Source: Bugula neritina
Lineage: Eukaryota; Animalia; Bryozoa
Direction of reading: 5' to 3'
NCBI GenBank assembly: GCA_964035545.1
Contig: OZ037765.1
Coordinates: 34,471,504-34,535,503 of the forward strand
DNA: 64,000 bases
Positions 29,101 through 41,394 of this stretch are shown here, piece by piece. Each line of letters opens with the position of its first letter. Within the stretch, counting starts at the first letter, position 1. The notes below the pieces were generated by a model. The model did not search any database. It was not told the origin of the DNA and was given only the letters and a program-made list of their open reading frames with translations. A program made the translations under genes and the position numbers.

Positions 29101-30167
29101 AAATCTTTTTGCTCTTCGAAAGGGGGGAAATTAATAGTCAACATTTATGAAAGGGGGAATAGTATGAAAAAGGTTGGGAACCACTGGTCTACCTGAAGGC
29201 CTTTAATGAACGAGACCGTGCGGAGGGTACGGAAGGCTGTAAGAGCCCGAAGAACCCGCAGACCCTGGAGCCGAGGGATATCTACAGAGTTCTGAGCTCT
29301 CAGTATCTTAGCAACCATCGTAATCGTCAACACTGTCAAATCAAATATGTTGAACCAGCTTTTCCAGTAGCCAATAGGCTCGGCGTACAGCTTCATCAGA
29401 AATTCCAGACAATACACAGCTGGAAGATGAAATATCTAGTAGAATGTGCTGAGAAACTTATTGTAATAATTTTTATGTTTAGTTATGTGATTGTCTATTA
29501 ATACATTTCACAATTTCTATTTGCTTGGAGCTTACATACAGTTTTGATATTTGAATTCCTTGTTCAGATTATTGTATATTGAATATTGTATATTAAAGAT
29601 ATTGTGAATTGCATTTAGGAGCAGTACCAGAGAAATTGAGATAGGCCAAGTTCTTTGGTTTTATTACTAAAGTTTGGTTTGGGGTACGAGTTGAAATTCT
29701 CATGAAAACATAACTTCTTAATCTTATGCTACATACTCTAGAACACAGGCTTTTCTCCATTACTGCCCCTGTATACCTCGTGAATTATGATGTTGATTGC
29801 TCCTTGTTAAATTGGCAATTTGCAACACATCATATTATTTAGTGCTTAATAAAAATTTCAAGAAACTTTTTATCTGTTAAAACGGCCTAGCAGCAAAATA
29901 TAACATCACGTGACTAATTTAAGAAGTAACCCCTTTACTATCGCTGGGTGATATTCAGGAGTACAAACCTAGGAAGACCTCGTCAGCTATGAAGATGACA
30001 TACTTGAGTCTCTCCCTGTAGTCATAGCTGGTGTCAAAGGTCATCGACAGCGTATTCAGAAAGATCACAAGCATGATAGTGATGTCAAACTGACGTGACT
30101 CAGTGATGGATTTGATAAACTGATGGAAATGATAGTCAGTTCTCGGCTTTTTCTTCAGATGCACCAT
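20162..30167 (-). CDS. CATSPER3: Cation channel sperm-associated protein 3 (CatSper3), 7 exons, ~386 aa
   Basis: Exons 30167-29969, 29419-29193, 27525-27340, 26823-26662, 22132-22034, 21215-21058 and 20291-20162 are all GT-AG and in phase. Single 6-TM domain with S4 (LRVLRALTAFRTLR), pore GENGDQENWGSLGSAMLTLFAFVT-VEGWTDLQ, a coiled coil and FQKTLRHDD, all recognisably CatSper3-like. The start codon is the least certain part. Confidence 0.9.
21222..21960. repeat. ~43-bp minisatellite with variable (GA)n, fills most of a CatSper3 intron
   Basis: Unit AGAGCTCATTGTATACTAATATGCTAGTATATTGTATGAAG(AG)n. Confidence 0.93.
23181..25962 (+). CDS. Secreted-type phospholipase A2 (group I/II/V/X fold) with C-terminal extension and hydrophobic tail, ~242 aa; nested antisense in CatSper3 intron
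   Basis: Exons 23181-23247 (signal-like MNDSLRTVTRVLLSVLWIAQCEG), 23582-23711 (GFFQFYTMI..YGCYCGLG Ca2+ loop), 24622-24734 (CCYHHDYC, catalytic His-Asp), 25273-25399 (CKCD, Asp99 equivalent) and 25671-25962 (ends LGEAVILCLLSVLLNPVVLP*). The last splice junction is less certain. Confidence 0.85.
26359..26612. repeat. 15-bp TCACATGCTATACCT minisatellite
   Basis: Tandem copies; source of the SHAIP and HMLY repeat ORFs. Confidence 0.93.
27759..29186. mobile_element. Non-autonomous hAT (Charlie/Buster-like) DNA transposon
   Basis: TIRs CAGTGGTTCCCAACCT / AGGTTGGGAACCACTG with a perfect 8-bp TSD GTCTACCT (27751-27758, 29187-29194). A decayed transposase C-terminus (KRNCLNLQSDLRWAWSNTEP) lies at ~28861-28965 (+). 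Confidence 0.9.
28409..28729. mobile_element. MITE nested inside the hAT element
   Basis: ~60-bp imperfect inverted termini (AAATGGCACAGGTAATAATGGCACAAAT... / ...ATTTGTACCATTATTACCTGTGCCAATT) around a G-rich core. Confidence 0.7.
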
Positions 30168-30427
30168 GATGGTCACTCAGATATTACTCAGAATTTTATC
30201 AACCAGGTTGCTTGCTATTTAAATTCTAACATTCTAACTGTTGAAAAACATCCATAAAGAAAATGTTTGAAATAAGATGACTTTGAGTTTAACATGCCAG
30301 CAGACGTTACGTCTTGACTGATGCAATATAGTGCAAAAGAGAGCACAACTCTAGATGTTTACAGCAGTGAAGCTTGCATATAATAAACAAATAATATTAT
30401 TATTCTTATAATAATCGTGGTGATTAT

Positions 30428-30727
30428 GCTATCATATACATATATTACTATCATATAGATATATTACTATCATATACAAATATTACTATCATATACAGAT
30501 ATTACTATCATATACAAACATTGCTATCATATACAGATATTACTATCATATACAAATATTACTATCATATACATATATTACTATCATATACAAATAATAC
30601 TATCATATACAAATATTACTATCATATACAAATATTGCTATCATATACGTATATTACTATCATATACAAATATTTCTATCATATACATATATTACTATTA
30701 TATACAAATATTTCTATCATATACATA
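30428..30727. repeat. 19-bp TATTACTATCATATACAAA minisatellite
   Basis: Tandem copies just upstream of CatSper3. Confidence 0.9.
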
Positions 30728-30919
30728 TCATTATAATTTCATGAAACAGAAAAGGGCGGTCTGTATGATTAGCAACTTGGATTTTATGAAATGGCTTTAA
30801 AGCAAGCTTCTTGTAATGAACTTTATTGCAAAAGTTTTAGCCAGATAGGATACTTGAAAAACCCATCGTAATTTCTCTTTATTTTGACTACTTGAACTTA
30901 CATTTCAGTTTGTACCACA

Positions 30920-31380
30920 TGTCAATATGAGTAGGTGTCGACATGAGTATGGTGTCGACATGAGTATGGTGTCAACATGAGTAGGTGTCAACATGAGTAG
31001 GTGTCAACATGAGTAGGTGTCAACATGAGTAGGTGTCAACACGAGTAGGTGTCAACACGGGTAGGTGTCAACCTGAGTAATTGTCAATATAAGTGTCAAC
31101 ATGAGTAGGTGTCAACATGAGTAGGTGTCAACATGAGTAGGTGTCGACATGGGTAGGTGTCAACATGAGTAGGTGTCAACCTGAGTAGGTGTCCACATGA
31201 GTAGGTGTCCACATGAGTAGGTGTCAACATGAGTAGGTGTCAACACGAGTAGGTGTCAACATGAGTAGGTGTCAACATGAGTAGGTGTCAACATGAGTAG
31301 GTGTCAACACGAGTAGGTGTCAACACGGGTAGGTGTCAACCTGAGTAGGTGTCAATATAAGTGTCAACATGAGTAGGTGT
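30920..31380. repeat. 16-bp ATGAGTAGGTGTCAAC minisatellite
   Basis: ~28 tandem copies with no unique spacers. Confidence 0.93.
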
Positions 31381-31634
31381 TATAATAGTGACAGATAGTT
31401 GTATTAATAGCATTATAGGTGCATGCATCAACATCATATTCTAACCACTTGCTCCATAGTGTCATATATAATGACTATAAATTACAACATATATATATTA
31501 CAGTTATATAACATATTATAACTATCTAAAAGGTGTTTGTAATATGAGAACACTGTTCTAAATCAATGTGTTGTCAACTGGTTATAAAGTGACACATACT
31601 AAGGAACGCTGTAATAAACCAAGTAACAGTGTAA

Positions 31635-32008
31635 AGGCCTGGCCTCACGATCGTGAGAATCAAACGAAATCGTCTATTTGGCACAAAAAAACATTCGTAC
31701 TAGAAAATTTGAGGGAATTCAAACGAAATCATCTCCGTTGGGAGTACACAACTACGACGATGGACAGGAAATCACAATCGATGATAAGTACTATTTGATT
31801 GGTCAATATAATTTTAGCAACAGTAATTATTTCATTTCTACCACGTTTCTTCATTTGACAATTTTCCCCTGTTTGTATCTCGTGCAAGACTCATTCACTG
31901 ACTATTATGTGTTTTGTTCGACGAGTGTGTGGCTGGTCATAACGAGAGGATAACTCACGAAAATCTCACACGATTCCGTTTGATTCTCACGAGCGTGAGG
32001 CCAGGCCT
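31635..32008. mobile_element. PIF/Harbinger-type MITE
   Basis: ~39-bp TIRs AGGCCTGGCCTCACGATCGTGAGAATCAAACG.. / ..CGTTTGATTCTCACGAGCGTGAGGCCAGGCCT, flanked by a TAA TSD. Confidence 0.85.
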
Positions 32009-32332
32009 TAATAGTCTATAGCCTGGTGTTCTTGGTTCAGCTAGTTATGATAAAACTTAGTCTATTGTAAGAGTAACATGAGAGCTACTAGTACACCACT
32101 CAGACTATAATATATAAACTAGCAAACAGAAGTAAAACAGAATAATAGTATAAAACTGTATAACTGTGTATCATATAACATTGTTGTGTATAAACTACTC
32201 CGTAGTGTTACATGACACATCTAAACTAGAAGAACTGCATACAATATATTTGTATACAGACATAACTATGGAGCTAAGATAAACAGAACATATGAATATA
32301 TATCTAAATTGTCATTTTCTCCATAGTCTACT

Positions 32333-35300
32333 CTAAGAGTCATCTTCTCTTTTGTGGCCATTAAACCTAGGAAACAGGTAAAGTTTTCTCATATGAGTGA
32401 GAGTATCCCAGACTACAACCAGCTGTCCTCCACTCTCTAGATTTTTATCTAAGCAAACTTTTCTCACTTTAGTCTGTACCTGAAGAACAGTTAGTAAGTT
32501 CTCTTAGCTTCTGCATTAACCAATCGGAGAAAATATCACTATTCAGGCAGTTCCCATCTTCATACTCAAGATTTCAAGGAATTTAGTGAAAAGCCAATCA
32601 ATTTAGTATAGTAATGTTAGACTCACCTGTTTGAATATAGTGTAGAGGTCATGGTGACAGGCATGTTTATGCATGGAGGATACAAGAGCTCTAATCATTA
32701 GAGATCCATACACAGGGTGAACCTTTGCTATGAATGCTACAAGAAAACACACAGTATATTACACACAGTATATTACACACAGTATATTACACACAGTATA
32801 TTACACACAGTATAATACTGTATATTACACACAGTATAATACTGTATATTACACACTGTATATTTCACACAGTATATTACACACAGTATATTACTGTATA
32901 CTACACACAGTATATTACACACAGTATATTACACACAGTATATTACACACAGTATAATACTGTATATTACACACAGTATAATACTGTATATTACACACTG
33001 TATATTTCACACAGTATATTACACACAGTATATTACACACAGTATATTACACACAGTATATTACACACAGTATATTACACACAGTATATTACACACAGTA
33101 AATTACACATGTATATTACACACAGTATATTACACACAGTATAATACTGTATATTACACACAGTATATTACACACAGTATATTACACACAGTATAATACT
33201 GTATATTACACACAGTATAATACTGTATATTACACACAGTATATTACACACAGTATATTACACACAGTATATTACACACAGTATATTACACACAGTATAT
33301 TACACACAGTTTATTACACACAGTATATTACACACAGTATATTACACACAGTATATTATACACAGTATATTACACACAGTATATTACACACAGTATATTA
33401 CACACAGTATATTACACACAGTATATTACACACAGTATAATACACACAGTATATTACACACTGTATATTACACACAGTATAATACCAAGTATTACATGTG
33501 TGTTACTTACACTCCATGCTAGATTTCACTACTAGCAGGTCATCATAGTTCAGGTTATTCATAGCCTCAGCTTCTTTGTCTCCAGGAACTTTAGCAAGTG
33601 GAGGTGAGATACTCTCCCCCTCCTTTTGTGATTCTCCGATATCAAATCTGTCTATACCTCTTTGGCCATAATCACTTCTCTCTGTAATACAGATCTCATA
33701 ATATTATATTTATTTAATATGATGAGTACAAATAATTTCAAATATGTAAAAATATAGATAACTCTGAAATTGGTTATATGTAGACACACTTAATCATTTA
33801 CTAACAGTCAAGAGAACACAACTCTGAAGTAACCACAAATGTATCGACTGATTACCTCCACTACAGACTTCCAGTATAACAACCTTTGGTTTGCCAGCCA
33901 TTCCTGGGAAGTTTAAAGGGGTCAGAAGGTCATACACATCTGTTAGTTTGACTCGTTTCAGGTCTGTACCCAAGATGTGGTTGTTCAGCCCTCCATGAGT
34001 CATGATAACCAACACATGACATCCCAGATCTTCGTGTTCCTCTTTTGTCACCTCAGATTTTACAGCAGACAGCATTTCCTACAAATATTGTAGAACACAT
34101 GGCAAAAGTTTTATCAAAATTTGGAAAAATTGCTACAACTAATAAAAATACTTTTAGGAATTTAACTCCTTTTAGATAACTTTTAAACAGTAAACCAAAA
34201 TGAAATATTGTATTTAATATTCCTAATAAAACATACCTCAGCCTTCAAGTCTGTGTGTGGCACAACATCAAACTTGAGAGATTTCAACATGGCAGACATA
34301 TTCTCAACATCAACATCTGAACCTTTCCTACACAAATCTGGTCTCTTATCAAAGTTCATGTTGTTTATTATCAGAGCTCTTCCTCTTTTTCTAGTCATAG
34401 TAAACACCTGGATGTAACAGAGAAATATTTGTTACTGCTGAACTAAACAACTGGCAAGAATGTTAAATACTCGTATTAGCGTTTAATATATGAGCACCTT
34501 GTCAGTGTTTGAGAACAGCTGTCTTATCCGTGGGTTACTGGTGGGATTCAGTCTGAGTCTTATAAACTTCATGTCTTCAACTTCCTTTCCATCAGGGTAC
34601 AGATTTTCCTCATCATCAGAGAGATCACTGAGATTGTCATTGGCTGTTATTGTGGTGGTCAAGAGATCTGATTGGCTACTGTCGACGACTATAAAGTATA
34701 AACAGACTACAATAATTAGCTACACAGGGAATAAGTAAGAAATACAATATTATGATAGCTAGCAGTTTGGTATTCAGATGCAATGCAGGAACTTCTTGTG
34801 ATGAGATCTTTCAATAAAGTGAAACTTTTAAAGAACACAAGCTTGTAAAGACTGGTCACTTTGTATTCACCAGAATTAGCTGATCTTTCTTGAGCTCTTC
34901 GAACATCCAGTTCATTCACAAATTTCTCCAACTTATCAGCTTCTCGTTCAGACAGTGGTTCACCTGAAACAATGAATTGCTTGTAAATACAGTCGGGTGT
35001 CGTGAAATCACATTATTATCCTAGTTATATTGATAAATAACTCCTTTCCGAATAAATGCACACATGTGGTAAATTGCAGTAAAATATAATTTTACAGGCA
35101 CTGCACCATAATGCAAACAAACATACATGGGTAGAGCAGAGCACTTGGGATCTCCTCGTCACCACACAGAGTTGTTGAAGATCCGCTACACAGTCTGGTA
35201 CTTGGTGGGGAATGTTTCAAAGAACGAAGACACCATTGAGGTCTTTGCACTTTCTTAGGGCAAGGAAGTCCTAGCAGAAGACAGTGAGCACAGTAGCATG

Positions 35301-38300
35301 TAGTGACAGCTCTACTTGCTGTCCAAGTTTCTAGAGCATGTTTAAGGATATTGTTGTTGTTGGTGATGAGTCTCTCCCACATTCTGCTGATGTTGGCAGC
35401 ATTAGATGATACGTAGAGTGACATTTTTCTAGATTTATGGTCGTGTACCAGCTGTGTGTAGATTCCATCTTGATAGACATTGGTGCCATTTCTTCTCACT
35501 TTTATCCTGGGAGAATCACCGGGAAACAACTCCAACAAGCCAACTGTCATTTGGTGGTAGACATAGTGTGGCAGGGCTAGACCATTGAATTGTGTCTCAA
35601 CATGAAGCAGCATGTCTTTGGGTGAGGAGTAGGGAGTGCTGTAGTAATTTTTAGCAAACTGAGGTACAATGAACCATGGGTCTTCAGACTTGCTATGTAT
35701 TGGACCATGCAGCAAACGGAACGCCTGGAGCAAGCAGATAGCAACTTCAACATTCTCAGAACTGTGAAATATTGTTTCATTTTGAATCAAATAAGCAAGA
35801 AGAGATTGCATCATCAAACCAGTGTTTGTGAAATGATTAACAGATTCCTCAAAGTCCTGCTTCTCAACAGGCATCCCATCCTTTGAATAGCACGGCTGGA
35901 ACTTGTCAACTCTACCCTGCCATATGTTAGGATCATGATGATACAAGACACAGAGAAGTTTGGTAACTTCTGAAATCTTGTGGAATATGTATGGCCTGAG
36001 AAAGCTGATATCTTTATACCACAAAACTTTGCCGCAGTCATGCATGTATGTGAGGATTATGTCCAGCTGACTTGACTCAATGGTTTGAAGTTCGGTTTGT
36101 AAGTATTTCAGTATCTCATCAAAGGTGCTGTACACAGAGGGAATAGGCAGCACTTTTTTATTTACATTCTCCCAGACCAAAGGTAAAGGTTTCACAAAAT
36201 GTTGACTGCTTTGAAGAAGAGACTGTTTGATCAGGTCAAACACTTCATACATATCATCTTTCCCCACCTCATAAATGTCCTCACCAAGAAAAACTCCTTC
36301 AGTTGATTTACTGAAATGTTTGATTTGAGCAAATTCTCCACCCAATGCTTTCTCTTCGCTTATCATCTTCTCACACAGTTGATTTGAAGTTTCTAGAAAG
36401 TTCTTTCGAAGCTTCTGAAACTCTGCATTTTGAAACTTGTCTATATGTGTAAAGATAAGTTTTGGAGCACCCAGAGTTGGGTTAGCCAGATAGAGGTGAG
36501 ACATGTAATCAAAGGCTAATCTTCTAACAGCTTCTCTGTGTGTTGATTCACTTGAAATCTCCTCATACTGTTCCATGTTGACTACTATGACTGGAATACA
36601 GTTCTGTCTCAGAGTCAGTTGATAGGTGATATGGTAGACCTCCTGGCCTCCCATATCAATGACACGGAGAACTGTACCATCCACCTCCACCTCTTCAACA
36701 TTAAACACCTTTGTTGTCTCATCTCTCACAGCATCTGGCCCTCTGTTGGTCAGAACTCTCTTTCTGTCAACATTCTGTAATGTTCTGATTAGACTGGTCT
36801 TCCCAGCCATAGTATTACCCAGCACAGCTATAGTAGCAAATGGTAAGTTTCTACCAGCACCTTTAGCCAAGTCTGTGTAGTATTGTCTCACAGCATCTAC
36901 TCCTCTCTTACATACTTCTGGTGGAGGAGAGGTGAGAGCATTACAATATTTAACATGCAGTGTACGAAGTTGAGCTAGCTGTAGTATCTCAGGATCTAAG
37001 GATGTCAGGGAGTAGTTGGAGGATATATCCAGTTCCTGCAGATTACTCAGTGTGTACACAGGAGATGGTAAACTGGTGAAGTTATTCCATGATATATCCA
37101 GTTTCTCTAACTTCTGCAAACTCTGTATGCTGAGAGAAATACAAATACTGTTTTGTACAAAAATAAATAATATAATTCCATATTATACTCTATAATATAT
37201 ATTATTATAATAAATATTTAGGATACTGCAATTATATTTATAGCATTTTGTATAGATTTTATAGCTGTTAAGAGTTAACTCCCTGATGTTTGATACAAAT
37301 TGGAGCAAGTAAATGATGCAATGCATCACCCAGTAACTGTGGATTGACTAACATTATAATATACCTCAGTATAACATTATAATATATCTCAGTATAGCAT
37401 TATAATATATCTCAGTATAACATTATAATATATCTCAGTATAGTATTATAATATATCTCAGTATAACATTATATTATATCTCAGTATAATATTATATTAT
37501 ATCTCAATATAATATTATAATATATCTCAGTATAACATTATAATATATCTCAGTATAACATTATATTATATCTCAGTATAATATTATAATATATCTCAGT
37601 ATAACATTATATTATATCTCAGTATAATATTATAATACATCTCAGTATAACATTATAATATATCTCAGTATAACATTATAATATATCTCAGTATAATATT
37701 ATAATATATCTCAGTATAATATTATATTATATCTCAGTATAACATTATAATATATCTCCGTATAACATTATATTATATCTCAGTATAATATTATAATATA
37801 TCTCAGTATAATATTATAATATATCTCAGTATAACATTATAATATATCTTAGTATAACATTATAATATATCTCATAATAGACATAATTATAATATTATAA
37901 GTCACTCTGATTAGGCTAAAATATTACGTCATAAGTTTCTACACAATTATATTGACTTTATGTTTATATATTATATTTATTACAGTATCATTCTACACTA
38001 TAATATAATACACACCTGTTTGGTAGAGTTGACAGTTTACAGTTCTCCATGTACAACTCTCTCAATGATAGTAAGGATGTGAATATATTGTCAGGTAGAC
38101 CTTCAGATAGGTTATTCGCTGATATATCCAATACCTCAAGATTCTTCAGTGAAGATATGCTGTAACATAACATACAAGTAGAAAATCATGAAAGGTAATT
38201 GAACTATATACTGTACATTCTACTCAACAATATCATAAGAGGTCACTTATGAGCATTTCATAATATTATAGCAACTTTATATCCCAACATTTATCAGATT

Positions 38301-41300
38301 AAAAAGTTCCAAGTTGTCACACCATGTCTTGCTGAGTACATCTGATAGAATAGAATAGTAAAGACATGACATCACATATATTATGTATAATGATTTATAT
38401 AATGTAATTAGTTGATACAAGTCAGTTTATGTACATCACAAGAGATTAGAAGCTTCTACACAATTATTTAATAATACATTTACATATTGTATTTATTCTA
38501 GTATCATTCTACACTATATTATAATACACACCTGTTTGGTAGAGTTGACAGTTTACAGTTCCTGATGTCTAACTCTCTCAATGATAGTAAGGATGTGAAT
38601 ATATTGTCAGGTAGATCTTCTAATAGGTTATTCCATGATATATCCAATATCTCAAGATTATTCAGTGAAGATATGCTGTAACATAACATACAGGTATGAC
38701 AGTATTTACTTATATATAATCATCACATATTGGTATGCTTTAAATTGAAGCATAAATAGAAATACAATAAAGAAGGTAAATAATACAAAAGTTGTTACTA
38801 AAGCTAGTGTTATTGTGAGGGGAGATTACTCAACATTCTACTACAAGATAATATCTCACCTATGAATATAGTTTTATACCATAGCAATATAATACCTGGT
38901 CCAGTCAACATTACTGTCTACTCCAGATACCCTCAGATGTGTGAGATGAGGAAACAGTTTGTTGATATTTGGGGGAATGTCATACTCCATTCTAACATGA
39001 GTAACTGTATGATGTCTACTTATATCATTGATCTCTTCTATAGTGTAGGATGTAGTATCATTTTTCATCCATTTATCATCAGCTCCATCTATACTGGATG
39101 TGTTGAACCACACCTCGTACTTCTCTATAAAATATTCACCACTTTATAAATAATAACTTTGATATCAAATAATGGAGTGTCTCAACACTATAAACAGTGT
39201 TGAAGTAAACTTGGATATTTTATAACTTCAAAATACATTCTGTGATATATTCTGACAGGTGAAAGGGTAGCCATGTTGTTTATACTTCTGTACAGTATAT
39301 GTTATTGTATCGGTTTTGTGTTAGTGTCTGGTTGCAAGATAAGCTTTAACTACTAGCCAACTTGGCAACAGGTTTTCAAGTTTATTTACTCTCAAATCGT
39401 ACCAATATTGATGCATAGATAAACTTCTTAGCCATCACAATGCCAAAACCGATAGTTTATTCTCACAAAGAGTGTAAATATTGGTGTCTAACTGTGTGCT
39501 CGTATAATGCTAAAAATGCTCCTTTCTGGCGGTTTGGTTATGACACACTGACTCATGCAGTACAGTGAATTAGTACTAGCCCTGCCAGCTAATAATAGCT
39601 TTGGTGAAAGCTTTGAAGCCTGAAAGCTTTAATGATTGGCTGCCTGCCAATACATCTGGGTGGCATACCAATACAGTTATAATATAATATAATATAATAT
39701 AATATAATATAATATAATATAGTATAATATAATATAATACAATATATACTACACACATACTACCACATACTACATATTTCAGTTATATAATATAATATAA
39801 TATAATATAATATAATATATAATAAAGACTAACAACATAATACAGACAACATTACTACTCCCTCTGGTTACTATAGTTACTCAGTTGTTGACAGAACACA
39901 GCTGTAAGGAAAGTAAAATATAACATAATATATTTATATTTTATTCTGTACACTAACTGAAACTGTATGTAAAGGATTAACATGGTCATGTTGTTTATAG
40001 TTCTGTACTGCATGTGTTATGATATATTAATATATTAATATAATATAATACAATATAGTACAATATAATATGATGTAGGTTAGTATAATAGTTACAATAT
40101 AATGCAAATTAAATAACAACATGTTATAGTATGGGTCAACATAATATTTGTTATATAATATAATATATGTCAGTATAATAAAACAACATACTATACTATA
40201 ATTTAATATGATATGATCCGGCCACACGGCAGTGAAAGGTGACCACCACTATAATATACTATAATACAATATAATATAATATAATACAATATAATATACT
40301 ATAATACAATATAATATAATATAACATAATATAATATAATATAATATAACATAATATAATATAATATAATATAATATAACATGATATAATATGGTATAAG
40401 TCAGTATAATAGTTATAGTATAATAGTTATAATAGTTATAGTATAATAGTTAAAGTATAATAGTTATAGTATAATAGTTATAGTATGATAGTTATAGTAT
40501 GATAGTTATAATATAATAGTTATAGTATAATAGTTATAGTATAATAGTTATAGTATAATAGTTATAGTATAATAGTTATAGTATAATAGGTATAGTATAA
40601 TAGTTATAGTATAATAGTTATAGTATAATAGTTATAGTATAATAGTTAGAGTATAATAGTTATAGTATAATAGTTATAGTATAATAGTTATAGTATAATA
40701 GTTATAGTATACTAGTTATAGTATGATAGTTATAATAAATAATAGTTATAGTATAATAGTTATAGTATAATAGTTATAGTATATATATATATATAAATAA
40801 GCAGGTATATAACATTACATAATAAACACTATAACAAAACAGAACTAGGTGCAAAGTAATGAAACTGTAGATTAGAAATGTAAGAGAAGAAGTTATGTTC
40901 TCATGAGAATTTAAATGAAGAGATCTCACTCAACACTGTATATAGAAATACATGGGTGAAACTAAATCATTATAACTAACAATCAGTATATAATATTATA
41001 TAATATATAACATTATATAATAGACACCAGCAAAATATTATTCAGTTGTGGTAAAATTAGTGCAGGGTAAAAAAATGAAAATCGCATGTGTTTCTAGATC
41101 AGAAATGTAGCAAAAGAAGTTATGTTCTCGTGAGAATGTAAACCTGCACCCCAACGTATAGTTTGTTAAGAACAATAAAGAACTTAGGCTACCTCAATTT
41201 CTCCACCACTGTAACTAAATGTCATAACATATAAAAGTAAAATATAAAAGTTCTGTAGTTAGTAGTTGAAGTATTTATATCCATATAATTTACTAACCTA

Positions 41301-41394
41301 ACACAGACTGACCTGAAGGTGGAGGTGAAGGTGGAGGTGTAGATGGAGGTGTAGGTGGAGGTTTGGGTCGAAGTAGCGATTTACTTTGACCCAT
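32333..41394 (-). CDS. LRR-Roc-COR-caspase fusion protein (Roco-caspase), copy 1, 12 coding exons, ~1235 aa
   Basis: Exons 41394-41313, 39124-38896, 38675-38532, 38159-38016, 37129-35127, 34963-34871, 34688-34498, 34407-34237, 34078-33856, 33681-33511, 32736-32627 and 32479-32333: all GT-AG, phases match, 3708 nt, no internal stop. Domains in order: MGQSKS + Pro-rich, LRRs, P-loop GNTMAGKTS / DMGGQ / THID, COR-like region, then caspase (RGRALIINN, RKGSDVD, IMTHG, GKPKVVILEVCSG, TLTHMRKLYLFP). Confidence 0.88.
32748..33482. repeat. 14-bp CACAGTATATTACA minisatellite filling a caspase-region intron
   Basis: Tandem copies occupying nearly the whole 32737-33510 intron. Confidence 0.95.
35127..37129 (-). 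CDS. Large exon of copy 1: last LRRs + Roc GTPase + COR
   Basis: ORF 35092-37119 trimmed to splice sites. It carries Roco hallmarks (L..PP.EV...G..AV..Y before Roc; G1, G3 and G4 motifs; L.Y.HD.G.VLWY in COR). Confidence 0.9.
37349..37875. repeat. 23-bp CAGTATAACATTATAATATATCT minisatellite (copy-1 intron)
   Basis: Same unit as the array at 59605-64000. Confidence 0.95.
40404..40785. repeat. 14-bp TATAGTATAATAGT minisatellite, preceded by (ATAAT)n tracts from ~39680
   Basis: Tandem copies. Confidence 0.9.

Noticed and set aside
30920-31380. CRISPR-like appearance of regular arrays (also 21222-21960, 46203-47070)
   Set aside because: No unique spacers, no cas genes, eukaryotic context.
35092-37119. 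Stand-alone single-exon Roco (MFHAS1/LRRK-like) gene as in the ORF track; likewise 57291-59486
   Set aside because: No proper ATG at the homology start; both ORFs are bounded by conserved splice sites in phase with LRR and caspase exons. No kinase domain, so not LRRK.
39190-39274. ATG at 39274 (-) as start of Roco-caspase copy 1
   Set aside because: Hits a stop after 28 codons and has no convincing phase-compatible donor; the 41394 exon fits.
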